Assembly (NCBI RefSeq): GCF_006345805.1 | Contig: NC_043001.1 | Coordinates: forward strand, 80,166,001 to 80,230,000 | Reading direction: 5' to 3' | Source of the DNA: Octopus sinensis | Lineage: Eukaryota | Length of the DNA: 64,000 nt | Shown here: positions 38,487-52,802 of the stretch, one piece after another | Layout: each line of letters starts with the position of its first letter | Numbering within the stretch: the stretch's first letter is position 1 | Translations under genes and position numbers: made by a program | The notes under the pieces: generated by a model | Seen by the model: the letters and a program-made list of their open reading frames with translations, nothing else | The model's database searches: none | Told to the model about the DNA's origin: nothing

Positions 38487-38808
38487 GTGAAGGCGCGTGG
38501 TTTAGTTGTTAGGATACTCGGATCATGATAGTAAGGTCGTGAGTTCTATTCCCGTCGGCACGCAGTGTTCTTGTGCAAGATACTTTATTTCACATTGCAC
38601 CGGTCCACTCAGCTGGCAAAAATGAATTGTAGCTGTATTTCAAAAGGACAGCTTTGTTACATAGTGTGTCACGCTGTATCTGCCAGAGAACTACGTTAAG
38701 GATACACGCGTCTGTGGAACACTCAGTCACATGCACGTTCATTTCACGAACAGGCTGTTCTGTTGTTCGGATGAAACTGCAACCCCCGTCGTAACTGACG
38801 GAGTGCCA
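38487..38808 (+). mobile_element. Older SINE family C copy
   Basis: Colinear with the reverse complement of 33267-33592. A further diverged piece lies at about 47203-47430. Confidence 0.85.
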
Positions 38809-38869
38809 AAACATATCTTACGTGTGTACGTACTTAGTTTTATATATATATATATATATATATATAAAG

Positions 38870-39315
38870 AGCAAAATTAATTAATTAATTAGCAATTAAT
38901 AATTTTACCAAGCAGTGTTCAGTATGTAAAAGGACCATTTACGGTAAATTTAACACTTTACTTATATAATTAGGGTTCAGCAAAGAAATTTGCTTTACCA
39001 CATACCGAACTTTTAGTAATAGCAGACAAAAAATTTAGCTATTCCTTCCACTGTAAGAAGAATCTCCCAGACAATGTATACTCAAAATCAATTCACGCAG
39101 GCATAGAGGGAAAAATAACGAAAGTTCACTCGAAATTCACGAGTGATCTAATTTCCCTCTATGCCTGCGTGAATTGTTTTTGAGTATACATTGTCTGGGA
39201 GACTCTTCTTACAGTGGAAGAAATAGCTAAATTTTTTGGCTGCTATTTCTAAAATTTCGGTATGTGGTAAAGCAAATTTCTTTGCTGAACCCTAATTATA
39301 TAAAGTAATGTTTAT
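38870..39315. repeat. Fold-back element with 152-bp inverted arms in (TA)n
   Basis: 38962-39113 versus 39152-39303 with few mismatches and a 38-nt spacer. Confidence 0.9.
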
Positions 39316-39327
39316 AATATATATATG

Positions 39328-39392
<65 letters not shown>

Positions 39393-39402
39393 CATAATAC
39401 AT

Positions 39403-39475
<73 letters not shown>

Positions 39476-40234
39476 CATACAGCACAGACATAGCGTCGAG
39501 CCAACCAGTACATAGAGACTAAATTTAGTAGACGGAAACTTTGAAGAAGTCTGTTGTTTATATGTTTGTGTGTATGTGTTTCTGTATATATTGTGTTCGT
39601 TTGCCCAACTTTTGACAACTGGTGCTGGTTTGTTTACATCCCTGTAAAATAGCGTTTCAGCGAAAATGAATCGACAGAATAAGTATTAGGCTTTAAAAAA
39701 TAAAATATAAAATAAAATAATACTGGGAGTGATTTGTTCGACTACACCTCACAAGACTATTCCCGAGCATGGCCGTAGTTCAGTGACTTAAGCTAATAAA
39801 ATACACCACACACACACATATTCACTCACTCACATATAGGGTGTTGCGTTCACGACTGCAAGGCTGTGCTTCATTTCTTATTATAACTGTGCGATGTACT
39901 TTGAGGAAGATGTAACTGCTATGTCTTGCAAGCTAAAGGACTACGTAGAACCTCGTTCGTCCGCTAGCAATTAATAACTTCGAATGCTTTAGACGTTGAT
40001 TAGCTGTCGGTTTCCAAATGCAACATAAACCAAACAGAAATTTAAAAGAAATGTTTATAGTTTAACATTGGCAAGAGGTTAAGAGGAGGCAACGACAATA
40101 ATTCCTGCTATTTCCTGTGATTACTACAGCTGTTACCGCAGTAAAATGTCTTCACCATCACGGCAAGCATCAGCCTAAAATGGATTCCCAACGCAGTCGC
40201 TTGACTGACTACAAAACTTTTATCGTTTACCTGT

Positions 40235-40860
40235 TACCTTTTACTTGTTTCAGTCATTCCATTGCGGCCATGCTGAAGCACTGCTCTGAAAACGTCTTAG
40301 TGGAATGAATCGGACCTAATACTTTTTGATGTGTAAACTTGGTACTTATTCTATCGCTCTTTTTTGCCGAAAGGCTAAGTTATGCTTATGTAAACAAACC
40401 AACATAGGTTGCCAAGCGTTGGTAGTGGAACAAACACAAGCACACGCATATAGATATATCGCATATATACGTATTTCTTTATTACCCACAAGGGGCTAAA
40501 CACAGAGGGAACAAACAAGGACAGACATAGGTATTAAGTCGATTACATCGACCCAGTGCGTAACTGGTATTTAATTTATCGACCCCGAAAGGATGAAAGG
40601 CAAAGTCGACCTCGGCGGAATTTGAACTCACAACGTAACGCAGACGAAATACCGCTAAGCATTTCGCCCGGCGTGCTAACGTTTCTGCCAGCTCGCCTAT
40701 ATATATCGCATATATACGACGGGCTTCTTTCTGTTTCGCTCTGCCAAATCCACTCACAACGTTTTGATCGGCTCAGGATTACAGTAGAAAATACTTATCG
40801 GTGGGACTGAAACCCGGAAGAATATGGTTGGGAGGCGAACTTCTTACCACACAGCCACAC
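40235..40860 (-). mobile_element. SINE B with a young SINE A (40472-40700) nested inside, 18-bp TSD
   Basis: TSD atatatcgcatatatacg at 40454-40471 and 40701-40718. Confidence 0.9.
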
Positions 40861-41229
40861 ATGTGGTTATAAGCAAACTTCTCACAAATCGAAATCTAGA
40901 TAATGCAATGTCGAAAAGATGGTCATGGCTGGAAATTCTTTAGTCACAAGTCTGCTGGATCATGGCTGACCTATGGTTAAAACAACATCCTTAACATAAA
41001 CACTATTTCATTTTCATCGTTATCATCCTCGAAACCACGGTGACGGTGACTATCAACTTCTTCATTATCAGAATCCTCTTCTTCCTCCGCCTTCTCCTTA
41101 TGATCATAGTCGTAATTATCATTTTAACGTCATCATGACAATTACCTCGCTTTTATTATCATGATCATCCTCATCAATATCTTCGTCATCAACAAAACCA
41201 TCTAACTAATCATCATGAAGCATCACCAG

Positions 41230-41359
41230 CTTTACAATGTTCATTAACGTCATCATCATCATCTTCATCGTCATGATTATCACCATCAACTTCACAATTC
41301 TCACCATCATTATCATCTCATCATTCATCATCACCATCATCATCATCATCATCATCATC

Positions 41360-41400
<41 letters not shown>

Positions 41401-41403
41401 GTT

Positions 41404-41439
<36 letters not shown>

Positions 41440-41442
41440 GTT

Positions 41443-41484
<42 letters not shown>

Positions 41485-41673
41485 GTTATCATCATCATCA
41501 TCATAATTGTCGTCGTCGTCGTCATCATCATCATCATCGTTATCATCGTTGTCTTCATCATCGTCGTCGTCTGTATCATCCTCATCATCATTATCATCGT
41601 TGTCCCCATCATCATCGTCGTCGTTGTCGTCGTCTGTATCATCATCATCATCATCATCAACATCATCATCATT

Positions 41674-41706
<33 letters not shown>

Positions 41707-41970
41707 GTTATCATCATCATCATCATCATTGTCGTCGTCATCATCATCATCATCATCATCATTGTCGTCGTCGTCATCATCATCATCATCATTATCATCG
41801 TTATCATCGTTATCATCGTTGTCTTCATCATCATCATCGTCGTCTGTATCATCCTCATCATCATTATCATCGTTGTCTCCATCATCATCGTCGTCGTTGT
41901 CGTCGTCTGTATCATCATCATCATAATCATCATCATCATCTTCGCCGTTGTCGTCGTCGTCATCACCATC
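41230..41970. repeat. (CAT)n/(CGT)n compound microsatellite
   Basis: Read directly. It is the source of the poly-S, poly-M and poly-I ORFs. Confidence 0.95.
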
Positions 41971-42571
41971 AGCTGCAGCAACAGCAGCTGCTGTGGCATG
42001 GTTTCTCTACACTCTCTGGCAATGAAATTAGTCTGTCATTCTATGAAGAGATGCAGCTCAATGCTATGAGCAACAGTGGAATCATAGTAAAATTGGAATG
42101 TTTCAAGTTTTCCGTCCCTTCCATTGGTGTCTTAATCGTCTCTCGAAGAAACATTACATGGTGTCCCCTGTTAATGGGATATAAACAAAACAATACCGGT
42201 TTTCAAACTGTGGTGAGAGACAAACACGACATAAATACAAAGAGATCCCCAAAATACACGCACACGCACGCACACATCTTTTATCTTTTTCTCAATTCAG
42301 TCACGAGACTGCGGTCAGACTGGGGCACCGCCTTGAACTATTTTAATCGAACGAATCGACCCCACTGATTTATTTTCGTTTTAAGCCTGGTAATTATCTT
42401 ATCGTTCTTTTTTGCCGAACACTAGATAACGGGGACATAAAGACACTGACACCCATCGGTGAGGAACAAACACAGACCCAAAGACACAAAGACACAAACA
42501 CATAGACATATACATACATACATATACATATATATATATATATCTATATACATACATATTATGTCTGTGTG

Positions 42572-42602
<31 letters not shown>

Positions 42603-42639
42603 ATATATAATATATATATATATATACATATTATGTCTG

Positions 42640-42677
<38 letters not shown>

Positions 42678-42781
42678 AAGAGAGAGAGAGGGAAATGGAT
42701 AGATAGATATGTATACATATGTGTGTGTACGTTTGTGTATATATATATATTTACACACACACACACACAGATATATATATA

Positions 42782-43279
42782 CCGTAAATCCTCGAGTATA
42801 ATCCGCATTTTTCCCCAAAAATTTAAAGTCAAAATCCCTAGTACTTATTATATACGAGGTTAAAAATGAAAATTATTTTCTAAGCAATGTCCGAGTCTCT
42901 ATTTGTTGTCCGGCAATGTTTATTCAGACGCATTTTGTGAGGTCGGGCGCGAAAATACCTTAAGCTAAGCCTGAAAGCAATGAAGTCATAAAAGAATCAT
43001 CCATAACTTGCAGTAAGCAACATTTATTAAAATAAAAGTATTCAGAACACAGAATAACATATAACAAAAACAATTTGCAAACATATTTACATTCCTATAT
43101 AACAGTTAAGGACATCGCAAGAAGTGTTTGTTCGACTAGGTGCTGCTGACTTAATTATGCACGACTCAAGTTAGAGAAGGGGTGCGTATTATACACAAGG
43201 TTTAGGTTTTTCAGAGGTACAGCCCCCTAAAAATCCCCTGCGTATTATACTCAAAGGCGGATCATATTCGAGGATTTAC

Positions 43280-43281
<2 letters not shown>
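42782..43281. mobile_element. Tc1/mariner-superfamily (pogo/Tc2-like) MITE
   Basis: TIRs CCGTAAATCCTCGAGTATAATCCGC and GCGGATCATATTCGAGGATTTACGG, TA on both sides, subterminal gcgtattatac repeats. Confidence 0.88.
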
Positions 43282-43336
<55 letters not shown>

Positions 43337-43379
43337 CGGCATATGAAAGACGGAAGATTGACTATACGAGAATTTATTA

Positions 43380-43491
43380 TTAATGACGATAATTGTTTCG
43401 ACACATATAACATTGATCCCTCACGGGTGGGACACTCCACAACTGGTTCCGGAGCACCTGGTGATGTAGGTGTATCTCATCGGGTGATAAA
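43380..43491 (-). ncRNA. Hammerhead-like motif with CCGAUGA core and long stem II loop (element about 43335-43950)
   Basis: Minus strand: TTTATCAC-CCGATGA-GATACA...(~65 nt)...TGTGTC-GAAA-CAATT-ATC-GTCATTAA. Confidence 0.6.
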
Positions 43492-44613
43492 TAGGCAGTC
43501 GTTAAAATAACAGTTCTGCAACGTAACTTCTCGTTTTGTAGAAAGAAAATCAGCCAGACAGAGGAAATACCTTCATTTACATAGAAGATCAAAAATAAAA
43601 TCACAGATGGAAAAAAGGGAAACGAACACGCAATACAGCGAGAAAAGTATTTAAAATAACCGTTAACAAATATGGGTGTATAAACGCCCTGTGGCAAGAT
43701 GCATGGTGCGAGTACACTCGCTCATAGAAGCATATATATTTTTTATCGCCATTGCAACATGGCTGTTCCGTTTGAACCGACGTTACAACCGTTTTTAGCC
43801 CCAGCAGAACGCCTCTTCCAGCTAGTTACCGGCGCAGTCTGCACCCGATAATATATCGCAAGCAGGGGAGCGAACCCCGACTATCTTCTAGCAACGGTGA
43901 CAGGACCACCAGGCCGTCTGATCTCGAGCTATTTGTGGTCATCCTCAGTGGTTGGGAAGCGAGCTTTTTAACAGCAAACCCATGCCTGTGCGTATTTACT
44001 TCCTATAATACAAATAGGTGTCTTGAGGAAGCAAAAATTCTTTCTTTCAATTGCAGCCAAGACCATTCTACGATCGATAAGTGATTCGTTGGTTTTAATG
44101 ATTGCATTCTGTGAGTTCGAAACCTGTTAAAACTGGGCAAAAGCTCGTGTAGAAAAAAAGGAAGTTATGTGGGGTCAACAACAACAATAACAACAATAAC
44201 AAGGAACCAGTACTGTAATAGCACGAGTGGTCATAGAAAACCAGGTCTGATATTGGTTTTGCCATTTCCGCCAACACCATCATGACCACCGCCAAAAGAA
44301 AATAATGAGAGTGAGAGAGATAAGGAAGAAATAACGAAGAGAAAATAATAAAGGAAGAGTGACAGAGAAGAAAAGAAGGAAGGAAGGAAGGAAGGAAGGA
44401 AGGAGAAATTAATGTGTAAATATACATATCCGTTTTACTTGGCTCAGTCAACCTATCTTCAAAAACAAGTAACCACTCCTATTTCATGGCTGAATAGATC
44501 GTATCGGCGATAGTATTCATTCATCTGTTAAATAAATAAAACGAAACAAACATCAAATAAGGATTGAAATAAAATATAGTTGCTGCAGTGCGTGATAGGC
44601 AAATATAGGGGAG

Positions 44614-44654
<41 letters not shown>

Positions 44655-47600
44655 GAGGTGGAGGGTGGGAGAGAAAAGGTATGAACAAGAAAATGGAGAA
44701 GGAGAAGAAGGGGAAGAAAAAGAAAAACAACTGTTGCATGGGTAAGACAAAGAAAAAGATAAACAGGATTAACAAAGATACACACACAACAAAAAAAAAT
44801 ACGGAAAAGAAAAAAAAAACCATGTGAAGGAACGAGAGAAATATTAATCTTGTATCATGTTAAATATTTACGCTTAATAAAATATAATAAAATATAATTT
44901 CACGAAAAAAGAAAAAAAATCTAGTTCAGTTCTGTTGTTTGCATACTCCTCTGCTATGCTTTACATAAACATCGTTCAACTACCCACGTTATATAATCAA
45001 TATATGTTGTTGTTGTTGTTGTTGTTACTGCTGTGCTAGCTCTTGTTGTTGTTGATGCTGTTTCTGTTGTTGTTGTTGTTGTTGTTGTTATCATTGGTGG
45101 TGGTGGTGGTGGTAGTGTTATTCTTCCCCAGATCAACTCTGATAGAGCTATCCTATTGTCAAAGTTGTTCAAGCCGTCACCATCTTGTCCTATAGTATCT
45201 GGACATGCTATAATCCAGAATTATGGTACCTTATGTACCCTTCCTTTAAATAACAAGTGCGATGAGGAAACGAAAAGATGTGATATGAAGAAAATTTCTT
45301 GCAAATAATAGATTTAAGCCGTTGCTTCGTTCAATACAACCACTTGGCCCTTGAATGTGCTTAGAAGAGACTTGTGGCAAACATTCAGCCCAGAATGGTC
45401 ACGAAAATAACGTCGCTTTTCCCTCCCGCTAGTGATAAATTGTCAAGGACAATTCAAAAGAAACTTGCGGCTTACTCGATGGTTTATGAAGCAGTGGGGA
45501 GGGTACCAGAAATGGCAGTGTTGTAGAGAGGGTATAATAGTGAACGAAAAAATATTTGGTGCCGTTTAGTTGCGTCTGTTTTAACATTTTTGCCATTAAT
45601 TGATATTGAGGATGATATTTGCTTTTTATCGACCAGTCAAGTCTGATTGACTTATGGTGGCAGCAGCAACCTTCAAACAAAATACGCGAGTTTTCCGATA
45701 AGTACTTTAGCCGAAGAATCTAAAAAGATGGTTAACAGTTATAAAAGGACTGGCAAATTCAATTTAACCAGGGAAATCTACGGCGCTTGTCTCAACGGGA
45801 TGTTCTCTCTCCTCTTTCACTTTTAAGTATTATGTATATGTCATAGCGACAAACGTACTAACCTTTACTTGTCATTTCCATTAACACGTATTAATTATAA
45901 ACAGTGATTAATTTTCCTTACACTATTTGCATAACCTTATCCAGAAAGTTTATATACACAGCAACGTATAATATATACAATACAGAAAGTTATGATTCCT
46001 AACAGTTATGCTCCGTAAACAATGCTCCATTTATTTATCGGATGTACATCTATAAATATAACGACGTGGATCAATAAAATATTTTAAAACTCAAATTTTA
46101 GTGTGGTCATTGTTTACACATGCAACCTGCTTCACATTGCCTAAGAACAATATATAACTATCCTTCCTCTAAATTTCAATGGATGGTGATCAGCTCTCAG
46201 TGAATGGACAGGATCAGTAGAATATATGGCGTGCGCTCCATTGGATATGTATTTTGTAATGTATAAAGTGTTTTAACATGGCTGGGGACAGTACATTCCG
46301 TGTTTAGCATATAGTATATAGTGTACAAACTGCGTCTTTCAACCAGTATGGATAATACATGTATTTAACAGATAATGTTTAGTATATGAGCGGTCGTTTT
46401 GGCATGTAATGAACAATTCTCCATGTAATATAGCCGGTCGCTTTAAAATGTAATGAGCACCTTACCTCAATTCATAGTGTGTGGTATATTACCTTTGCTA
46501 TTATCATTGTAGGCAGCAACTTCGTAAAATAGATAGAGCGTTAGTAAAAATGTTTGGTGGCATTTCTTGCCCCGCTTTTTTTTTTTTACGTTTGAGTTCA
46601 AATCCCGCTGAGTTCAACTTTCATCTTTCGGTGTATATAAAATAAAGTAACATTTAAGCACTGGATTCGATGTTTTCGAATTACTCCACCTCTAAAATTA
46701 TTGGCCTTGCACTAAAATTTCAAACCATTGTTATTTTCCTTTGTAGGTAACAAGCTTGCAAAATAGAGTGTTGGTAAAAATGCTTTGCGATATTTCTCCG
46801 TCTCTGTACCGACGTCTTAATTTTGCTTTGATCTTTTTGAAGCTGATAAAATAAAATACCACTGAAGAACTTAAATCGATGATATCAAATGACCCTTTTC
46901 CTTAGAACTGCCAAACCTTGTATCAACATCCGAAATACTTACTCATTTTTTTTATTTAGCCCTAGTTCAACCCTAATCTTCAATCTCTGAAGAAAGGCTT
47001 TCTATTCGTGGCTATTTCGCCTTTATTCAAAACATATTTTTGAGTATATTCACATTTGTTATAGTGCCACCCCTTTCTTAAGACGGTAGGAAGTTATTTG
47101 AAGGATATTTGGTTGTCAATTCTAGTCAGTCGAGTAACTAAGCAGTGGCTTGGCGTCTCTCATTATAAGCTACAGCAAATTAACATGGACAGAATGCTTT
47201 GTGTGAAGGCGAGTGACCAAATAATAAAGGTGTTGCAATCACGATCACAAGATCCTGATTTCGATTCCCGGGTTGGGTGGCGTGTTGTATTCTTGAGCAA
47301 AACGTTTTATTTCATGTTGCTCCAGTTTACCCAGTTGCAGATTAGTAACCCTGCGACGAACCGACATACAGATCAGAGGGTCAAGTTGTGATTTCGGTCA
47401 CTTATACGCCGTAGAAATCGGACGATAACCAGCTTATTCTAGTATTATGACTCGAAACAGTAATGTCTTCGGGTTGGTGATGTTGATGATGGGGAACAGT
47501 GTTTGAGCCGAAGTATAAAGTATAGCGTATAAGCTTTTATTTCAATGTGATCCACCATTCCGCATGAGTTACTGATGCTGATGGAGAAGTGCTACATAGT

Positions 47601-48197
47601 TAATAAACTATTGCAAAGCGTGTTATTTACAGCCGTTTTACAGCAAAATCCCCGGAGAAAAAAAGCTGTGTTAAGGGATTGCTCTTCAGTAGTACACTTG
47701 ATGTGCGCTGCCGAAAGCTGCAGTAGCAACGAATGCAGTAGTTGCAGCAGCAACAGCAGCAATTATAGCAATACAGCAGCAGTTACAGCAGTAATGACGA
47801 CAGCACAGTAATGATTCGACTTCAATTGACAGCGGTATTATTTTATAGTAAAGGGCCCTAATTAGATATCTACCCCTTCCCCCTTTTTTCTCCCTTCTCC
47901 TATCGCGCTTTATTTCTCTTTTTCCTTTTACCTCTTTTCGTTTCTTCTCTCCCTCTTTATCTCTCTTTCACATACTCTGTTTCTCTCTACCAATTGATCT
48001 ATCTCTCTGTCTATTTGTCTGTCTGTCTGTCTGTTTATTCAGTTTTTGTTTTATATTCAGTTTTTCGATTTGTATTACATCCTTAATTCTCTTCAACTTA
48101 CGACTTCTTTCATCTCTTTCTCTCTCCCCTATCCTTCTCTCTATCTGACTGTCCAACTATCTTACTATCTATCTTTCTATATATCTACTTATCTCAG

Positions 48198-48246
<49 letters not shown>

Positions 48247-48393
48247 CCCTATCTTACTATCTATCACCTTATATATCTATTTATCTTACCATCTATCTAT
48301 TTATCTATTTGTATGTTTGTCTGTTTGTCTGTTTGTCTGTCTATCTATGTATCTGTCTGTCAGTCTGTCAGTTGAATGACTATCCGTCCGTTC

Positions 48394-48426
<33 letters not shown>

Positions 48427-49187
48427 TCTAACTCTCTTTTCATGTCTGTTACTCTTACCTCTCTAACTCTCTTTTCATGTCTGTTCCTCTTACCTCTCTC
48501 TCACCCTCAGACTTAAATTTCTTTCACCAAACCTTCCTCCCCACACACAAAACTCCCATTACTCTAGCTCTTTTCCTATTCGCCCTCCCTCCTCTTTCCC
48601 TACACACAACCACTTACCCAACCACTCACCCCAAACTTTTACCTCCAGCCTTCATTAAACACCCTAACACCCTAACACCCTAACATCTAACACCTAACAA
48701 CGATACCCTCAAACCTCAAACCTCAAACCTTCACATCTCACATTTCACATCAAAATAACCCCAACACATCTCTCCTTTGAGAGAACGCTCGCACCACCCT
48801 GCTCTGACTTCCCAACCAAACAGATACCAAAACTAAAATTGCAAGGAGATTCAAAGGAGCCAATTAACCTCACGTAGTTATCATTCTGAAATAAAACAGT
48901 TGAGTTCTAATCCTCAAAACCTTCTATCACACAATTACACTTCCATACTTGACTCTAAATAGAACCAAATGCGGAAATATCCTTGCGATAATTGCTAATG
49001 TTTTATATTATTCATGTAGATTTTACTGCTGCCGCTACAACTGCTGTGACTACCGCTGCTACTACTGTTACTCTTCCACCACCACCACCACCATCCCCTT
49101 CTTCTCCTCCTCCTATTACTACTCCTGCTACTTGATGATGATGATGGTGATTATGAGGATGATGGTGGTAATGACGATGTGGTGGTG

Positions 49188-49229
<42 letters not shown>

Positions 49230-49589
49230 CCTGCTGATTGATGGGTGGGATGGGGGCGGTGGTGCTGCTTCTGCTACCAATGTTGCTACTGTCCGTGGTG
49301 TTGCTGTTACTGCCAGCCGGTGTTAATTGTTTCTGCTACTGATGATGACGATGATGATGATGATCATCATCATCATCATTACGATGATAATGGCGACGAC
49401 GACAACGACGATAAAGGCCATGAGTATGATGGTAATGATGATGATGATTATGAGGATGCTGATGACAATGATGATGACGATTTGGAGGACGAGATAATGG
49501 CAATTGTAATGATGATGATGATGACTGATGACTGATGGCGATGAATAATGTTGTTGATGTTGGTGGTGGTGCTACTGATGTTGCTGAGG

Positions 49590-50420
49590 TCCAAAGTTCT
49601 TGTGATGATGGTAATGATGAGGATGAGGAGGAAGAGGAAGTTGATGAATAGGAAGAATATGAGGAGGAAGATGGGGAGAAAGAGGAAGTGGAGGAAGAGA
49701 AGGAAGAAGAAGAAGGAAAGAAGGGGTAGAGGAGGAAGAGAAGAGGAGAAGGAAGAAGAGGAGGAGCAGAAGGGGAGGAGAAGAAGAGGTGTAAGTGAAA
49801 GGATGGGAAGAAAAGGAGGAAGGAAGGAAGGAAGGAAGGGAGGAAGAAAGAAGAAGAAGAGGAATTAGAAGGAAGAACAAGAGGAGGAAGTGGTGGTGAA
49901 GGAGGGAGGAGGAGAGGACGAAAAGGAGGAGGAAGAAAAAGAAAAAGAAGAAGAAGAGGAAGGCGCGGAGGAAGAGGAAGGAGGGGGAAGGAGAGGAGAG
50001 GAGGAAGTGGGAAGAGAGGAGGAAGAGGAAGAAGTGGAGAAAGAGCAAGAAGTGGAGGAAGCGAAAGAAGTGGAGGAAGTGGGAGGAGAGGAGGAAGAGG
50101 TAGTGGAAGAAGAGAAAGCAGAGAAGGAAGAGGAAGTGGGGGAAGAAAAAGAGGGAGTAGAGAAGGAAGAGGAAGAAGAGAAGGAAGAGGAGGAAGAGGA
50201 AGGACAGGAGGAAGAAGGAAAAAAGGATGAAGAAGAAGACGAAGAAGAAGAAGAATGGTGAGGAAGAGAGAAGGAAGAAGGAAAAAGGAGGAAGAAGGAA
50301 AAAAGAGGAAGAAGAAGACGAAGAAGAAGAAGAAGAAGAAGAAGAAAAAGAAGAAGAAGAAGAAGAAGAAGAAGAAGAAGAACAACAACAACAACAACAC
50401 AACAACAACAATAACAACAA
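49590..50420. repeat. Purine-rich (GAG/GAA)n low-complexity tract
   Basis: Read directly. It gives low-complexity ORFs in several frames. Confidence 0.95.
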
Positions 50421-51122
50421 CTACAAGAGGCGGAGGAGGATATTGTTGCTACTGTTACTAAAATCATGAGATCAGAAGATTGACAGAAGTAGCAGTTTTT
50501 AGCATAAAAATACCTTACGGTATTTAGCTACGCTCCTTTACGTTCTGTAAAAAGTTGGTGAGATAATGGCCAAAGAAGAAAGTGTCTGTGTTCAGCCTTT
50601 TCAACCTGAGGCCAACAAAGAAAGAAACACTAAAAATGATAATAATCCTTTCTACTAAAGGCACAAGGCCTCAAACTTTAGAGAAGAGGTCTAGGCGATT
50701 AGGTGAGATAGAGAGCAATGCATGCCGTTAAAGTAACATCGGACAAACTATACAAACACATCTATCACAACCACATCTGCACGACATAGTGATGTCACAC
50801 ATGATAAACATCGCATGTGGCGAAAAATATCCTCGTTTCAAACAGATAAGAGAATTATTGACCTCCATTTCTGATTAACGGTTCAACAAGATGTAAGATG
50901 ATAATTATACGACGGGCTTCTTTCAGTGTTCTTCTACACAATCCACTCAAAGCTTTGGCCAGCCCGATGTTGTAGTAGAAGATACCCACCCAAGGTGTCA
51001 CGCAGTAGGAGTAAGCCCGGAACCATGTGGTTGGGAAGCAAACTTCTTACCATATAAACACGTAATTTAAAAAATAAATATTAAGAATATTAGGTTTGTC
51101 ATGAGCCCTTGGAATTCAACCT

Positions 51123-51453
51123 TTTTTTTAAAGACTCCGCCGGTTACGACGACGAGGGTCCCAGCTGATACGATCAACGGAACAGCTTGCTCGTGAAATT
51201 AACGTGCAAATGGCTGAGCATTCCACAGACACGTGTACCCTTAACGTAGTTCTCGGGGAAAATCAGCGTGACACAGAGAGTGACAAGGCTGACCCTTTGA
51301 AATACAAGTACAACTCATTTTTGCCAGCTGAGTGGACTGGAGCAACGTGAAATAAAGTGTCTTGCTCAAGGACACAACGCGTCGCCGGGAATCGAACTCA
51401 CAACCTTACGATCATGAGCCGAATGCCCTAACCACTAAGCCACGCGCCCTCAC
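51123..51453 (-). mobile_element. Young SINE family C with 12-bp TSD and A-tail
   Basis: TSD ggaattcaacct at 51111-51122 and 51454-51465. Confidence 0.92.
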
Positions 51454-52731
51454 GGAATTCAACCTAGATTTCATAGTGTTTACATGACTGAAATCACTAT
51501 AGTCGCCTACGAACAAGACGTTACGCTTTATCATTCGAGCTCAATTTCCAACTGAGCCGACTGGAAGAAAATGTTATGCAACTAGAACACAAATCACTGC
51601 CCAGTCCGGGAATCGAATTCATCATCTTATGATAGCATGATTGTGTGTGTGTGTGTGTGTGTATGTGTGTGTGTGTGTGTATGTGAGAGTGTGTGTGTGT
51701 GTGCGTGTGTGTGTGTGTATGCGTGCGCGTAAGTGTGTGTATGTGTGTGTGCGTAAGCGTGTGTGCGTGTGTGTGTATGTATGTGTGTGCGTGCGTAAGT
51801 GTGTGTGAGTGCGTGTGCGTAAGTATTTATGAATTTGTATGCGCGTGTATGCGTGCGTGTGTGTGTGTGTATGCGTATGTGTGTGTATGTGTATGTGGTT
51901 TCTTTTATCCTTTTATTTAAGGTTAATTCTAACCGGCCAAACTGATTAGTAGCAAAGTTTTAAAGGAAAACATCTTGCTTTGTTCATCACCTTTTAAATC
52001 TTCAGGTGTCGTAGATTTTTATCGTCCCAGATATTGTGATCATTTGTTGACATACATACATCCATACACACGTAATTCCTACACATTTTGTCACTCCTAT
52101 GTATAAGATCTCCTGTTCTACATACGCTATGTATACCCAATAGCAATAAGAAAATAAAACAGTTGTTGTTGTTGTTGTTGTTGTTTACCATGAGCGAACA
52201 TGCCTAAACGTGTCTCTCGATGAAGCTGGAATTTTACAGCGATTTTTCTTCATGTGAGAATTTTTTTATGGATTATTTTTGCTTAGGGAAGTCTTCAACA
52301 TTTGTTGTCTCCAATCGTTTACCTTTGAGTAGAAAATATATGATTTGCATATGATATTTATTTATTTTTTTTTATATAATTTCTCAAGATGAGCTTCTTC
52401 GTATGGAGGTGAGATAAGAATTGGTTACACAGTACTAAAAAGATATACTCACCAAAACTTTTAATTAAACACTCAGAAAAGTCAGACTTTGGTACAAGTA
52501 CTCAATATTGCACCACACAAGAGGACACCATAGCTATACAAAGAGACAGCCCAGATTCTAATACATACAAAGTATAGAACACTTCCACCAAGACCGTTCT
52601 TAATTGTGTAAATAGTGAAATAAGCAATTCCACTAACTTCAGTAGGCAAAAGTATCTCCTTGGTTGACTCCCGGAAAATGAAAACGGATAAACACAGACA
52701 CACAAACACATACATACATACACATATTTAC

Positions 52732-52802
<71 letters not shown>

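Noticed and set aside
47625-47700. Minus-strand CTGAAGA-GCAATCCC...GGGATTTTGC...AAACGGCTGTA
   Set aside because: Hammerhead-like outline, but G12 and stem I are missing. Too degenerate to support.
49245-50469. Long D/E/K-rich and L/P/S-rich ORFs (up to 354 aa)
   Set aside because: Purine-rich low-complexity tract, open in several frames for compositional reasons only.
52210-52420. TCGATGAAGCTG...CAGCGA and AGATGAGCTTC...GGAGGTGAGA
   Set aside because: Possible eroded hammerheads, but neither has a complete core, GAAA and stem III.
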